A stretch of 64,000 bases of DNA. Origin: Patescibacteria group bacterium (GTDB lineage Bacteria; Patescibacteriota; Saccharimonadia; Saccharimonadales; Saccharimonadaceae). The translations under genes were made by a program, and so were the position numbers. Below, one piece after another: positions 51,419 to 60,606 of the stretch (its first letter is position 1; the number at the start of each line of letters is the position of its first letter). The notes under the pieces are model-generated. The model had not been told where the DNA came from. It saw only the letters and a list, made by a program, of their open reading frames with translations, and ran no database searches. The stretch is taken from NCBI GenBank assembly GCA_040384745.1, contig JAZKIT010000002.1:87425-151424 (forward strand), given 5' to 3'.

Positions 51419-53047
51419 ATGGAAGAAACGAACCACCATGGGGTTAAAAACACGAAACAGAAATACATATTTGTGACAGGCGGTGTCCTGTCGGGGGTAG
51501 GGAAAGGTATCACTGCAGCCAGTATTGGCGCGGTCTTGCAGGCCAAAGGTGCATACGTTTCTATACAAAAATGTGACCCGTATCTCAATGTAGATGCGGG
51601 TCTTTTGAATCCCGCAGAACACGGCGAATGCTTTGTAACGAAAGATGGTGCCGAAACCGACTTGGACCTTGGTCATTACGAACGGTTTTTAGACATTGAA
51701 CTAACTCAAAAGAACGCTAGCCTGGCAGGTCAGATTTTAAGCGAGCTGATTGCCAGCGAGCGAGCGGGTGAGCTGCGCGGCAAAACGGTGCAGCTCGTGC
51801 CGCACTTTACTTACGCTATTCAGGACAAGATTGCCGCCGCAGCTACTATTGATGCTAATCAATCAGACGTACATATCGTTGAAATTGGTGGTACGGTAGG
51901 TGATTACGAGGGCCTGGCGTTCGTTGAAGCGATTCGCGAATTTGCTGCCCGTGTTGGCCGCGAGAACTGTTTATATGTACATGTGGTATATGTACCATTC
52001 ATTGGTACCAGTAAGGAATTTAAGACTAAGCCGGCGCAGAATGCCATGCAGGACCTGCGCTCGTTCGGTATTTTCCCCGACGCTGTCATTGTGCGCACCG
52101 AACAGCAAGCACCCGAAAGCGTTGCTCGTAAAATCAGTCTGTTGTCTGGCGTTCCGCAGGACTATGTAGTCGGCATGCCGAATGTCGACACGGTATACCG
52201 TATTCCAGAAATTATCGCCGCGTCACCGCTTCATGATTTGTTAGCTAAGTTTACTGGTAACGACACGAAGCCAGAGCTGAGCAAATGGCAGCGACTCATT
52301 ACAGCCGTCAATGACACGCCCAAAAAGAACGTGACGGTAGGACTAGTCGCGAAATACATGGATAATGAGGACACCTACTTGTCGGTCACCGAAGCCGTTA
52401 AGGCGGCCGGTTGGACATTGGGGACCGGTGTGGATATTCAGTGGATTAACGCCGAAACGTGTGACGAAAAAGACTTCGCATCGGTTGACGCGCTTATCGT
52501 ACCTGGTGGTTTTGGCGAACGGGGCATCGAAGGCAAAATCGCCGCTGCGTCTTACGCCTTAGAGCACAAAAAACCGTATCTTGGTTTGTGCCTTGGTTTG
52601 CAAGTAGCAGTGGTTGCCGCCGCACGGCGGGGCGGATTAACGGATGCCAACAGTACTGAATTTAATCCGGCAACCGAGCATGACGTCGTCTACATTATGG
52701 AAGGGCAGATAGGCAAGGAATCGACCGGCGGTACGCTACGACTTGGCGATTACCCAGCGGTACTGACGCCAGGTTCGCTGGCTGCTCAAACCTACGAATC
52801 AACCGAAATCGTCGAACGTCACCGCCATCGCTACGAAGTGAACCAGGCATTTAAAGGCGAAATCGAGAAGGGTGGACTGGCTATTAGCGGCACGAGCCCG
52901 GACGGTAGTTTAGTTGAGTTTGTCGAAGCGACTAATCACCCGTACTTCCTGGCTACTCAGGCACACCCGGAATTCAAAAGCCGACCGTTCAAGGCGCATC
53001 CGATGTTCCTTGGGTTACTTCGAGCTACGGGCCGACAGAAGTCATAG
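51419..53047 (+). CDS. pyrG: CTP synthase
   Basis: KYIFVTGGVLSGVGKGI, and a GATase domain with GLCLGLQ. TGCTATAAT lies 8 nt upstream of the ATG. Confidence 0.95.
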   Translation: MEETNHHGVKNTKQKYIFVTGGVLSGVGKGITAASIGAVLQAKGAYVSIQKCDPYLNVDAGLLNPAEHGECFVTKDGAETDLDLGHYERFLDIELTQKNASLAGQILSELIASERAGELRGKTVQLVPHFTYAIQDKIAAAATIDANQSDVHIVEIGGTVGDYEGLAFVEAIREFAARVGRENCLYVHVVYVPFIGTSKEFKTKPAQNAMQDLRSFGIFPDAVIVRTEQQAPESVARKISLLSGVPQDYVVGMPNVDTVYRIPEIIAASPLHDLLAKFTGNDTKPELSKWQRLITAVNDTPKKNVTVGLVAKYMDNEDTYLSVTEAVKAAGWTLGTGVDIQWINAETCDEKDFASVDALIVPGGFGERGIEGKIAAASYALEHKKPYLGLCLGLQVAVVAAARRGGLTDANSTEFNPATEHDVVYIMEGQIGKESTGGTLRLGDYPAVLTPGSLAAQTYESTEIVERHRHRYEVNQAFKGEIEKGGLAISGTSPDGSLVEFVEATNHPYFLATQAHPEFKSRPFKAHPMFLGLLRATGRQKS

Positions 53048-53110
53048 TGAGTAGCTCGACAATCGTAAAGTAATAGCGCTTATGTATAGCAGTATGATAG
53101 TGTAAAAAAT

Positions 53111-53317
53111 ATGAAAAAAGATACGCCACCAATGATTCAAACACCCGATTCCATACGTGAATCACTCGCGATTATCGAGCAATGTATGGGCAGCGTAGTA
53201 CTTAAGATCGTCGAGAATGATGTATCTGCACGGATTGTTTCTCGTCGAGTTTCCGAAGGCCTGTTTGGAATTGCTCCAACCGAGAATAAAAACCTCGAAG
53301 CGCTTAGGGACGAATAG
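53111..53317 (+). CDS. Hypothetical small protein
   Basis: 68-aa ORF with no recognised motif. Confidence 0.35.
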   Translation: MKKDTPPMIQTPDSIRESLAIIEQCMGSVVLKIVENDVSARIVSRRVSEGLFGIAPTENKNLEALRDE

Positions 53318-53350
53318 TAGGCCTAGCGCGCCTCTGTTATAATCGGCGTA

Positions 53351-55015
53351 ATGAATACGGCCGTACAAGACGCAGTCAAACAGCTCTACGATATTGACGT
53401 CGAAGTTGTTTTGACGCGTCCCGAGCCGCAATTTGGTGAGTATAGTACCAATATCGCACTGCAGCTAGCTGGTCGTTTGCAGCGGAACCCCCGTGAGGTA
53501 GCGAGCGAGATCGCTGAACGCCTCAAACAATCCGAGGCCTTCGCCCAGGCGGAAGTTGCCGGACCGGGATTTATTAACCTTCGAGTAAGCGACCAGGCAC
53601 TGTACGCCTTGGCTGACGCGACTGCCCGTCCGCTGAACGAAGGTGTCAATTACGTGATTGAATACAGCTGCCCGAATGCGTTCAAAGAACTGCACACCGG
53701 TCATTTGTACCAGACGATTTTCGGCGACATATTAGCTCGAATGATTGAACGGTCGGGCGCGACGGTACATCGCACCAGCTTTGGCGGTGACGTTGGTTTG
53801 CACGTGGCGAAATGTTTGTGGGGTATGGTGGCGGAATTTGGTGGAATTGACGCCGCAAGATTAGACGCGGTTGAGTCGACTCCGTTTGAGCGGGCGGCCT
53901 GGATTAGTACGATGTACGTTAAAGGCGCGGCTGCCTACGAAAATGATTCGGACGCCAAAGCCGAAATCGATCAGTTAAACGTGACGATTTATGGATTTCA
54001 CGCGACCAACGACCGCGACTCGGCGCTGGCTAAATTGTATTGGACGACGCGCCAGTGGAGCTTTGATTACTTTGATGCCTTCTATGACCTCGTGAAAGTC
54101 GACCACATGCGCTATTACCCTGAAAGTGCGACGGCACCGACCGGCATGGGTGTAGTGAAAGAACAGCTTGCCAAGGGTCGACTGAAAGAATCGGACGGTG
54201 CCGTGGTGTTCGAGGGTGACGAATCAAAGCACCTGCATACACGCGTGTTCGTAACGAGCAAGGGCCTGCCGACCTACGAGACCAAAGACATCGGGGTGAT
54301 TTGGCAAGAAAAGGCCGACTACAATTTCGATAAACGAATACTCATAACGGGCAATGATCAGTTCGAATATATGCGCGTGGTGTTTGCGGCCGCTGAAACG
54401 TTCCGGCCGGAACTGGCTAATACGATGACACACCTGCCGCACGGGACCGTACGTTTTGGTGACGGCAGCAAAATGAGCTCGCGATTAGGTAACGTGGCGC
54501 GCGCCGCTGACGTTATAGACAGCGTCCGTGAGAAAGTAAGGGAACTCGTGAAAGATGAATCCCAGGTTGAATCCGTCACTTTGGGCGCGATAAAATACGT
54601 ATTCGCCAAATACCGCATTGGCGGTGATATTTCTTTCGACATTGAAGAAACTGTCAGTCTGAACGGTAACTCGGGCCCGTATTTACAGTATGCTCATGCT
54701 AGGGCGCGTAGCATCATGCGTAAGTCGACCGTAGAAGCTGCGGACGACGTTACTCTCGATGAGTCCGAACGGTCACTGCTGCGAAAGCTGAGCGAATATT
54801 CCGAAATGACCGAGCGAGCCACGCGTGAACTTATGACACACCACATTTGTAACTATCTGTACGAACTGGCTCAGACCTTCAATCGGTTTTACGAAAAATC
54901 CCATATTGTCGGTGACGAGCGCGAAGCCGTCCGGCTTGGCCTGGTGCGCCGTTACGCCGCAACGCTGGCCGACGGGCTTAGTCTACTGGGCATCGAAGCA
55001 CCTGAACAGCTATAG
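53351..55015 (+). CDS. argS: Arginine--tRNA ligase
   Basis: HIGH-type PNAFKELHTGHL, a DALR anticodon-binding C-terminus, and MSSRLGN in place of KMSKS. TGTTATAAT lies 7 nt upstream. Confidence 0.93.
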   Translation: MNTAVQDAVKQLYDIDVEVVLTRPEPQFGEYSTNIALQLAGRLQRNPREVASEIAERLKQSEAFAQAEVAGPGFINLRVSDQALYALADATARPLNEGVNYVIEYSCPNAFKELHTGHLYQTIFGDILARMIERSGATVHRTSFGGDVGLHVAKCLWGMVAEFGGIDAARLDAVESTPFERAAWISTMYVKGAAAYENDSDAKAEIDQLNVTIYGFHATNDRDSALAKLYWTTRQWSFDYFDAFYDLVKVDHMRYYPESATAPTGMGVVKEQLAKGRLKESDGAVVFEGDESKHLHTRVFVTSKGLPTYETKDIGVIWQEKADYNFDKRILITGNDQFEYMRVVFAAAETFRPELANTMTHLPHGTVRFGDGSKMSSRLGNVARAADVIDSVREKVRELVKDESQVESVTLGAIKYVFAKYRIGGDISFDIEETVSLNGNSGPYLQYAHARARSIMRKSTVEAADDVTLDESERSLLRKLSEYSEMTERATRELMTHHICNYLYELAQTFNRFYEKSHIVGDEREAVRLGLVRRYAATLADGLSLLGIEAPEQL

Positions 55016-55064
55016 CTTGCTCGCACGGAAGGGCAGGCGTATAATTTTGAATTAGGATTACCCT

Positions 55065-55133
55065 ATGAGAAACATCATGAAACAATTCGGACTCGTTATT
55101 ATTGTCCGCTTCATGGCGTCCTCGGCCGCGTAG
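55065..55133 (+). CDS. Possible 22-aa hydrophobic peptide with its own promoter and terminator
   Basis: TATAAT at 55040-55045 and AGGA 7 nt before the ATG. MRNIMKQFGLVIIVRFMASSAA. A hairpin terminator lies 23 nt downstream. Confidence 0.3.
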   Translation: MRNIMKQFGLVIIVRFMASSAA

Positions 55134-55155
55134 TTCTAGATTTGAACGAACAATC

Positions 55156-55186
55156 GCCGCCGAGGGACTTACCTCGGCGGCTTTAT
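55156..55186 (+). terminator. Rho-independent terminator
   Basis: GCCGCCGAGG-gactta-CCTCGGCGGC followed by TTTAT. Confidence 0.7.
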
Positions 55187-55239
55187 CGTTCACCCAACAA
55201 TCGGAAGGCCCGATCTTCCGACGTACCTAGGGAGGAACT

Positions 55240-55491
55240 TTGGCACCATCAGATAACGTGTTCGATCTGGTGCTGACTGCGCTCCGCAGCCAGCAGCCGG
55301 TGTACACCGCACCAGATCAGCCACAACAGGTCTTTGCAAAACTTGGCCTGAGCACGCCAGAACGGCCGGTCCAGATCATCCAGACCCTCGTCGCCAGCGG
55401 CGAAATCGTCGTTGGCCGTGAGGATGATGACCCGAACGGCGACCACAAGCGTCCCGCCAAGAAGTTTTGCGATAGCTACCGCGTTCGCTGA
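55240..55491 (+). CDS. Hypothetical small protein (TTG start)
   Basis: GGGAGG lies 6 nt upstream of the TTG. Third-position GC is about 75% in a 20-codon sample, above the local norm. Confidence 0.45.
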   Translation: MAPSDNVFDLVLTALRSQQPVYTAPDQPQQVFAKLGLSTPERPVQIIQTLVASGEIVVGREDDDPNGDHKRPAKKFCDSYRVR

Positions 55492-55499
55492 CTCCCTCT

Positions 55500-55547
55500 C
55501 CCGAGGGGCGACCAAAGCGGCATACATCCGCACGGTCGCCCCTCGGG
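55500..55547 (+). terminator. Long GC-rich hairpin after the 83-aa ORF
   Basis: CCCGAGGGGCGACC-20 nt-GGTCGCCCCTCGGG. The T5 run sits 8 nt further downstream, so its terminator function is uncertain. Confidence 0.45.
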
Positions 55548-55622
55548 GCAAACACTTTTTCGTATTTAGCACCTACTGGGTGCTATAATTTTTGCAACAA
55601 GCTTATTCAAGGAGGAAAGAGC

Positions 55623-56063
55623 ATGGCGACGAACAAATCAGCAGCGACATCAGCAGCCGAAGCAAAGCGACAAGCCACCAGAGCAAAGGCCGAAGCGGTC
55701 AAGGCGCGTGCTGAAGCGGTGAAAGCTCGCGCAGCAAGTGGTCATGCGGCTGGATTTATGAATTTCATCCGCGAACAGGGCGTCATTGGCCTGGCGGTCG
55801 GTCTAGCTATCGGTACCGCAGCAGGTGCCAGTGTGAAGACGCTCGTCGATAATTTCATTAACCCTATCGTCGGATTCGTGCTTGGCGGAGCTGACCTTTC
55901 TGGTATCGTGTGGGAAACGGGATTGAAGAATGGTGACAAGGAACTAATATTCGGATGGGGCGCGATTTTGAGTTCACTCATCACGCTTACAGCGACGGCA
56001 CTGGTCGTTTACCTTATTATCCACGCTGCAAAGCTAGATAAGCTCGACAAGAAAAAAGACTAG
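55623..56063 (+). CDS. mscL: Large-conductance mechanosensitive channel MscL with Ala/Lys-rich N-terminal extension
   Basis: FMNFIREQGVIGLAVGLAIGTAAG...LVDNFINPIVG. The roughly 40-aa extension contains the repeat KAEAVKARAEAVKARA. Confidence 0.85.
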   Translation: MATNKSAATSAAEAKRQATRAKAEAVKARAEAVKARAASGHAAGFMNFIREQGVIGLAVGLAIGTAAGASVKTLVDNFINPIVGFVLGGADLSGIVWETGLKNGDKELIFGWGAILSSLITLTATALVVYLIIHAAKLDKLDKKKD

Positions 56064-56145
56064 TCTGCCGCCCAGGCAGCCACGAAATACTCCGGATTCC
56101 CCGGAGTATTTTTATGGGCGTATAATCGTATAAGAAGGAGGTGCC

Positions 56146-57336
56146 ATGCTAGACCACGCGCACGATATGATTACCCGAGCCGCCGAACAACTGAGCCTAA
56201 GCCAGCAGCAGACGAACGACTTGCTACGACTGGACGCCCTACATAAGGCGACCATCGCCACCGATTCCGCAAAATACGAAGCCTTCCGGTTCCAGCACAG
56301 CGATAAACGTGGGCCATACAAAGGGGGTATTCGATTTCACCCCCAGGTAAACGAAGACGAAGTGAAGGCACTAGCTACACTAATGAGCGTCAAGTCGGCG
56401 GCCGTCGATATTCCAATGGGCGGCGGCAAGGGCGGCGTAGTGATTGACGCTAAAAATACGAGTGTTGACGAGCTTGAAGCTGTGTCGCGCGGATTTGTAC
56501 GGGAATTTTATGAACATATTGGTCCTGACAAGGACGTCCCGGCACCGGACGTGAATACGGACAGTCGCATCATTGACTGGATGGTAGACGAATACGAGCA
56601 GCTTTCGGGTGATACGACCAAGGCGTCATTTACCGGAAAATCACTCGGGAATGGTGGATCGGAAGGTCGGACTGAAGCAACGGGTCACGGCGGTATGATT
56701 GCGCTGCGGGAATACTGCGCGGCGAATGGTCTGAGCACGCGCGGCATGCGTGTCGCCATTCAGGGACTCGGCAACGTTGGATTTTATTTTGCACAGTTAG
56801 CCCAACGTGAACTGGGTGTGCGTATCGTGGCGGTGTCTAATTCATCTTCGACGCTTACCAGTCAGGCCGGTTTTGATTTTATAAACCTCAAGTTTTCACG
56901 TGGAGTCGCTGATGAACTGAAGCAATCGGCCGACGCAGTGGCATCGTCAGATGACATTCTATCGAGCGATGTCGACGTGTTGGTGCTGGCAGCGCTGGAA
57001 GATGCGGTCAACGGTGACAATCAGGTTGAAATTAAGGGGCGTGTGGTTCTGGAGCTTGCTAACGGGCCGCTTGATACGGCGGCACTCGATGCGCTGGAAG
57101 GTCGCGGAGTGAACGTGATACCCGACGTCATTGCTAACGCTGGTGGCGTGATTGTCAGCTACTTAGAATGGAAGCAGAACAAGGCTTCAGAGCATTGGAG
57201 CGAGCAACAGGTGAATAGCGAGCTAGAACGCATTATGTCGGCAGCTATGACGACGGCCACTGAGCGTGCCGAGCACGACGACATTAGCCTAAAAGAGGCA
57301 GCGTTTGTTATCGCTCTCGAGCGACTGATACAGTAA
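56146..57336 (+). CDS. Glu/Leu/Phe/Val dehydrogenase family (glutamate dehydrogenase-like)
   Basis: GPYKGGIRFHP, MGGGKGGV, and the Rossmann motif GLGNVG. Confidence 0.88.
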   Translation: MLDHAHDMITRAAEQLSLSQQQTNDLLRLDALHKATIATDSAKYEAFRFQHSDKRGPYKGGIRFHPQVNEDEVKALATLMSVKSAAVDIPMGGGKGGVVIDAKNTSVDELEAVSRGFVREFYEHIGPDKDVPAPDVNTDSRIIDWMVDEYEQLSGDTTKASFTGKSLGNGGSEGRTEATGHGGMIALREYCAANGLSTRGMRVAIQGLGNVGFYFAQLAQRELGVRIVAVSNSSSTLTSQAGFDFINLKFSRGVADELKQSADAVASSDDILSSDVDVLVLAALEDAVNGDNQVEIKGRVVLELANGPLDTAALDALEGRGVNVIPDVIANAGGVIVSYLEWKQNKASEHWSEQQVNSELERIMSAAMTTATERAEHDDISLKEAAFVIALERLIQ

Positions 57337-57386
57337 AATACGATATACTTAACACAGTTAACTAAATACAACCGACAGGAGGATTA

Positions 57387-57962
57387 GTGAGGATTGCAAT
57401 CGTAGTAGGTACTACCAGGGAAGCCCGTGTAACGCCACGCCTGGCGCAGTGGGTAATGAATGCAGCTAAACAGCGTAGTGACGCAGAGTTTGCATCACTT
57501 GATCTTCGTGATTTTTCAATCCCAATGCTCGAAGAAGCACCGTGGCTTGAAGATCGCCACCTGACCGATGGCACCAAGCGCTGGCTTGACGAACTTGGCA
57601 AGGCTGACGGCGTCATTATCGTGACGGGAGAATATAATCACACTATTCCGGCGGTACTGAAGAACGCCTTCGACCACACCCACGGCGAAATGATGCGTAA
57701 GCCGGTTGCCATTGTGTCGCACGGCGTTAATAGCGGTGTTAGGGCCAACGAACACCTTCGTCAAATGCTTAACAGCAACATGGGTGCATTCTCTATTTCA
57801 GCCACCGTGACATACTTTGGAAACATCGCTGAAGCGCTCGATGAGCACGGCAACGCAACGACCGAAAATAAGCTGAACGATGGCAAGCTTCAGGCGCTTT
57901 TGGATGACATCGTTTGGTACACAGGCGCGATAACTCGTGCCAAGACGGACTCGCATGACTGA
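57387..57962 (+). CDS. NADPH-dependent FMN reductase family protein
   Basis: IAIVVGTTREARVT and IIVTGEYNHTIPAVLKNAFD. GTG start with an AGGAGG SD. Confidence 0.8.
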   Translation: MRIAIVVGTTREARVTPRLAQWVMNAAKQRSDAEFASLDLRDFSIPMLEEAPWLEDRHLTDGTKRWLDELGKADGVIIVTGEYNHTIPAVLKNAFDHTHGEMMRKPVAIVSHGVNSGVRANEHLRQMLNSNMGAFSISATVTYFGNIAEALDEHGNATTENKLNDGKLQALLDDIVWYTGAITRAKTDSHD

Positions 57963-58347
57963 CGATATATACAAATCAAAACTCTCGGCCGAACAGTACC
58001 GAGTATTACGCGAAAAGGGAACCGAGGCACCAGGGTCGGGTACGTACGTGGACTTTTACGAAGATGGCACGTACGCTTGTGCGGCGTGCGGTCAGACATT
58101 ATTTTCGAGCGGTACGAAGTATGAATCGACCATGCCCGGGTTGATTGGTTGGCCGGCGTTTAGCGATGCTGCCGACCGCGGGGCGGTCAAGCTAGAAGAT
58201 GATACCTCAATGGGCATGCAGCGCACCGAAGTACTTTGCAGTAATTGCGGCAGTCACCTGGGGCACCTGTTTCCAGACGACAGCTCGCCGAACGGGCAGC
58301 ACTACTGTATTAATTCAGTTTGTCTTGATTTCACGGCAAAAAAATAA
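57955..58347 (+). CDS. msrB: Peptide-methionine (R)-S-oxide reductase MsrB
   Basis: YRVLREKGTEAPGSG, CAACG..LFSS, GWPAF, RTEVLCSNCGSHLGHLF. ATGA overlap with the upstream gene. Confidence 0.9.
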   Translation: MTDDIYKSKLSAEQYRVLREKGTEAPGSGTYVDFYEDGTYACAACGQTLFSSGTKYESTMPGLIGWPAFSDAADRGAVKLEDDTSMGMQRTEVLCSNCGSHLGHLFPDDSSPNGQHYCINSVCLDFTAKK

Positions 58348-58370
58348 CCCTCAACCAGAGAGTAGTGACT

Positions 58371-58404
58371 GAGCACGTCGCGGGGAATTCCCCGCGACGT
58401 GCTC
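58371..58404. terminator. Perfect 15-bp GC-rich hairpin between convergent genes
   Basis: GAGCACGTCGCGGGG-aatt-CCCCGCGACGTGCTC, with no adjacent T-run. Confidence 0.5.
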
Positions 58405-58410
58405 ATCTCG

Positions 58411-58776
58411 TCAGGCCCTTGCGGGAAGGAGCACCTGGCGGCCGTTCTGGTGGCTGGTCTTCTTGGCGAAGCTCGCTTGCCTCCGGTTCAGCGCCATCGC
58501 TCCCTTGCCGGTCAGCCGAAGCCCCGTTCTGGGGCTGAAGCTGACGTAGCCGAGGTTGATCAGCACGCCGATAGCGCCGCGCATCTTCGCGCTGCGCCTC
58601 TCGTGCGAACGGCCAAGCTTGGCGGGTCGCCTGTGGAGCGACACGCACTTGTCGGCTGCGTCGTGCTCGCTGTCAGCCCTGATGGCGCGCTCTTCCTGGC
58701 AGTCCAGGATTGCGAGTACGACCGGCATGGCGTGGGCGATTCTGCTGTCCGAGTGATGGAACGGAGAAGTTGACAC
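58411..58776 (-). CDS. Hypothetical Arg-rich protein in a GC-rich, GC3-extreme islet (possible winged-helix)
   Basis: In this frame, 19 of 20 third codon positions are G/C in 58441-58500. The other frames and the plus-strand ORF lack this bias. The likely start is GTG 58776 with GGAAAGAG upstream. GVLINLGYVSFSPRTGLRLTGKGAMAL is wHTH-like. Confidence 0.6.
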   Translation of the reverse strand: MSTSPFHHSDSRIAHAMPVVLAILDCQEERAIRADSEHDAADKCVSLHRRPAKLGRSHERRSAKMRGAIGVLINLGYVSFSPRTGLRLTGKGAMALNRRQASFAKKTSHQNGRQVLLPARA

Positions 58777-58903
58777 AAGTGTCTCTTTCCTGTCGAGATA
58801 CCGATGACTTTTGTCAACGGATTTATATACAATACAATTTAAATTTATAAAAAGCAATAATCGTTTCGACATGTCACCACAGTTACGATATACTTACGTA
58901 ATT

Positions 58904-59440
58904 ATGACTAAAAAAGCCTCACTTCTCTGGATGGACCTTGAGATGACCGGTCTTGACCCGAAGGAAGACCGCATTCTTGAAGTTGCCGCTATCGTGACCG
59001 ACTGGGATTTCAACGAAATCGCCACCTACACAGCCGTTAAAAAAGTCGGACCAAGCTTAGTAAAGACCCGGATGGTCGGGGAGTTCTGGGAAAAGTTTCC
59101 GAGCGTGCGCGATGCACTCGTCGAGCAGAATCTCGACGGCAAGAACGGCCGAACGGTCGAAAATGAGTTGCTTGAATTCATTGATAAGCATTTTGACGCT
59201 AAAACCCGTGTACTCCTTGCCGGTAACTCGATCCATCAGGACCGTAAGTTCATTGAGAACGAATGGAGTCGGCTCGATACTCGGCTGCACTACCGCATGC
59301 TCGACGTTAGCGCCTGGAAAGTAGTGTTTGGAGGCAAATACAAGAAGCAGTTCGCCAAGCCCGAAGCCCACCGGGCTCTCGAAGACATTCGGGGCAGTAT
59401 TGAAGAACTGCAATACTATCTGAAGCGAGTGAAGGTATGA
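58904..59440 (+). CDS. orn: Oligoribonuclease
   Basis: LLWMDLEMTGLDP..DRILEVAAIVTD, NSIHQDRKFI, and HRALEDIRGSIEEL (DEDDh). Confidence 0.9.
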   Translation: MTKKASLLWMDLEMTGLDPKEDRILEVAAIVTDWDFNEIATYTAVKKVGPSLVKTRMVGEFWEKFPSVRDALVEQNLDGKNGRTVENELLEFIDKHFDAKTRVLLAGNSIHQDRKFIENEWSRLDTRLHYRMLDVSAWKVVFGGKYKKQFAKPEAHRALEDIRGSIEELQYYLKRVKV

Positions 59441-59775
59441 CGCACAAGCAGCTCGAAGACTACTTACTGGAATTTCCGAATACCTGGCTCGATTTTCCAT
59501 TTGGCGAAGGCACCAGCGTCTACAAAGTCGGCGACAAAGACAGCGGCGAAGGGAAGATGTTCGCACTCATCGCCGACAACTCAAAGCCACTTCGCGTCAG
59601 CCTGAAATGTGACCCCATACTGGCTGAAACCTTACGTGAAAAATACGAGACGATCGTACCGGGCTTTCATTTGAACAAAAAGCATTGGAATACCATTATA
59701 TGCTCGGGTCAGTTGTCGGACGATGACATTAAAGATTTTGCTCGACTGAGTTACAACTTAGTCGCCGTAGCCTAA
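59437..59775 (+). CDS. MmcQ/YjbR family protein
   Basis: FPFGEGTSVYKVG..KMFALI...VSLKCDP......PGFHLNKKHWNTI. Confidence 0.75.
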   Translation: MTHKQLEDYLLEFPNTWLDFPFGEGTSVYKVGDKDSGEGKMFALIADNSKPLRVSLKCDPILAETLREKYETIVPGFHLNKKHWNTIICSGQLSDDDIKDFARLSYNLVAVA

Positions 59776-59782
59776 GGAGCTA

Positions 59783-60439
59783 CTACGAGGCGTTAAAGGT
59801 TTCGAGGCCTTCGACGATCGGCTTGATGTTACTGTCGGCTGTTTCCAGGGTTGCCCGTAAGCTCTTACTGCCTGACTTTTTGTACAGCACTGCCATTTCG
59901 CTTCGAAGTGTCTTCAGCTCGTAGCTCATTTCGCGGGCGTACGTACGGTCGTATACGGCGTTTAGTCGAGCATCTTCAAGGCGGCCGCTCAACTCTTCGA
60001 AGTCGGCCGTCACCGCGGCAACGGAGGAGTTCTTTTTATCTTTGAGGCTGATGTCTTGGGCCTTGAGTGGTTCTACGAGGTCGCGGTTCGTATTGGTAAG
60101 CGAAAGCCGCAGGCTACTGTTGAGTGTGCGCAGTTCGCTGCTTTGCACGTCATCTTCAGCTGCCACCGAAATGGTTCGTAGGTTATCGAACTTGGCTGCC
60201 ACGGCGGCGAGTGACGATGGAGACGGACCGCCACTGGCTGAAAATACGCCGACAATTACGATGATAGCCAGAATCAGTACGCCAACAATGAGTCCCCATA
60301 GAACGGCAGGGTTCATGGTTTTAACCTGGGGCGTCGCTGCGATCTGGTTTAAATAATCAGTCGATAGCGGTTGCGCTTGTTGAAGAAACTGCTCGACAGG
60401 TTGCGGTGGCGGCGATTGATACGGATCATTCGGTTGCAT
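59783..60439 (-). CDS. Hypothetical membrane-anchored protein
   Basis: It has a Pro/Gln-rich N-terminus, one TM (AVLWGLIVGVLILAIIVIVGVF) and a helical ectodomain. The start could be ATG 60439 or GTG 60457. Confidence 0.55.
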   Translation of the reverse strand: MQPNDPYQSPPPQPVEQFLQQAQPLSTDYLNQIAATPQVKTMNPAVLWGLIVGVLILAIIVIVGVFSASGGPSPSSLAAVAAKFDNLRTISVAAEDDVQSSELRTLNSSLRLSLTNTNRDLVEPLKAQDISLKDKKNSSVAAVTADFEELSGRLEDARLNAVYDRTYAREMSYELKTLRSEMAVLYKKSGSKSLRATLETADSNIKPIVEGLETFNAS

Positions 60440-60606
60440 ATGTAATGATTTAAGCACAAACGATAACAGAGGGGAAGCAATTGAGGGAGTGTTCTATCCT
60501 CCCGGTACGGCTTTTGGAGTGAATTCAAAAGCCGACCCTCCACTCGCTCAAGCTTGTCTTGCGCCCCGTACTTCGTGAACAGGGGTAGGCAGAGTATACT
60601 ACTAGT

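Noticed and set aside
58399-58773. 124-aa plus-strand ORF, and two other minus-frame ORFs in the GC-rich islet
   Set aside because: Only the frame of 58411..58872 shows the extreme third-position GC bias (19 of 20). The plus-strand frame has 9 of 20. High-GC DNA produces open shadow frames.
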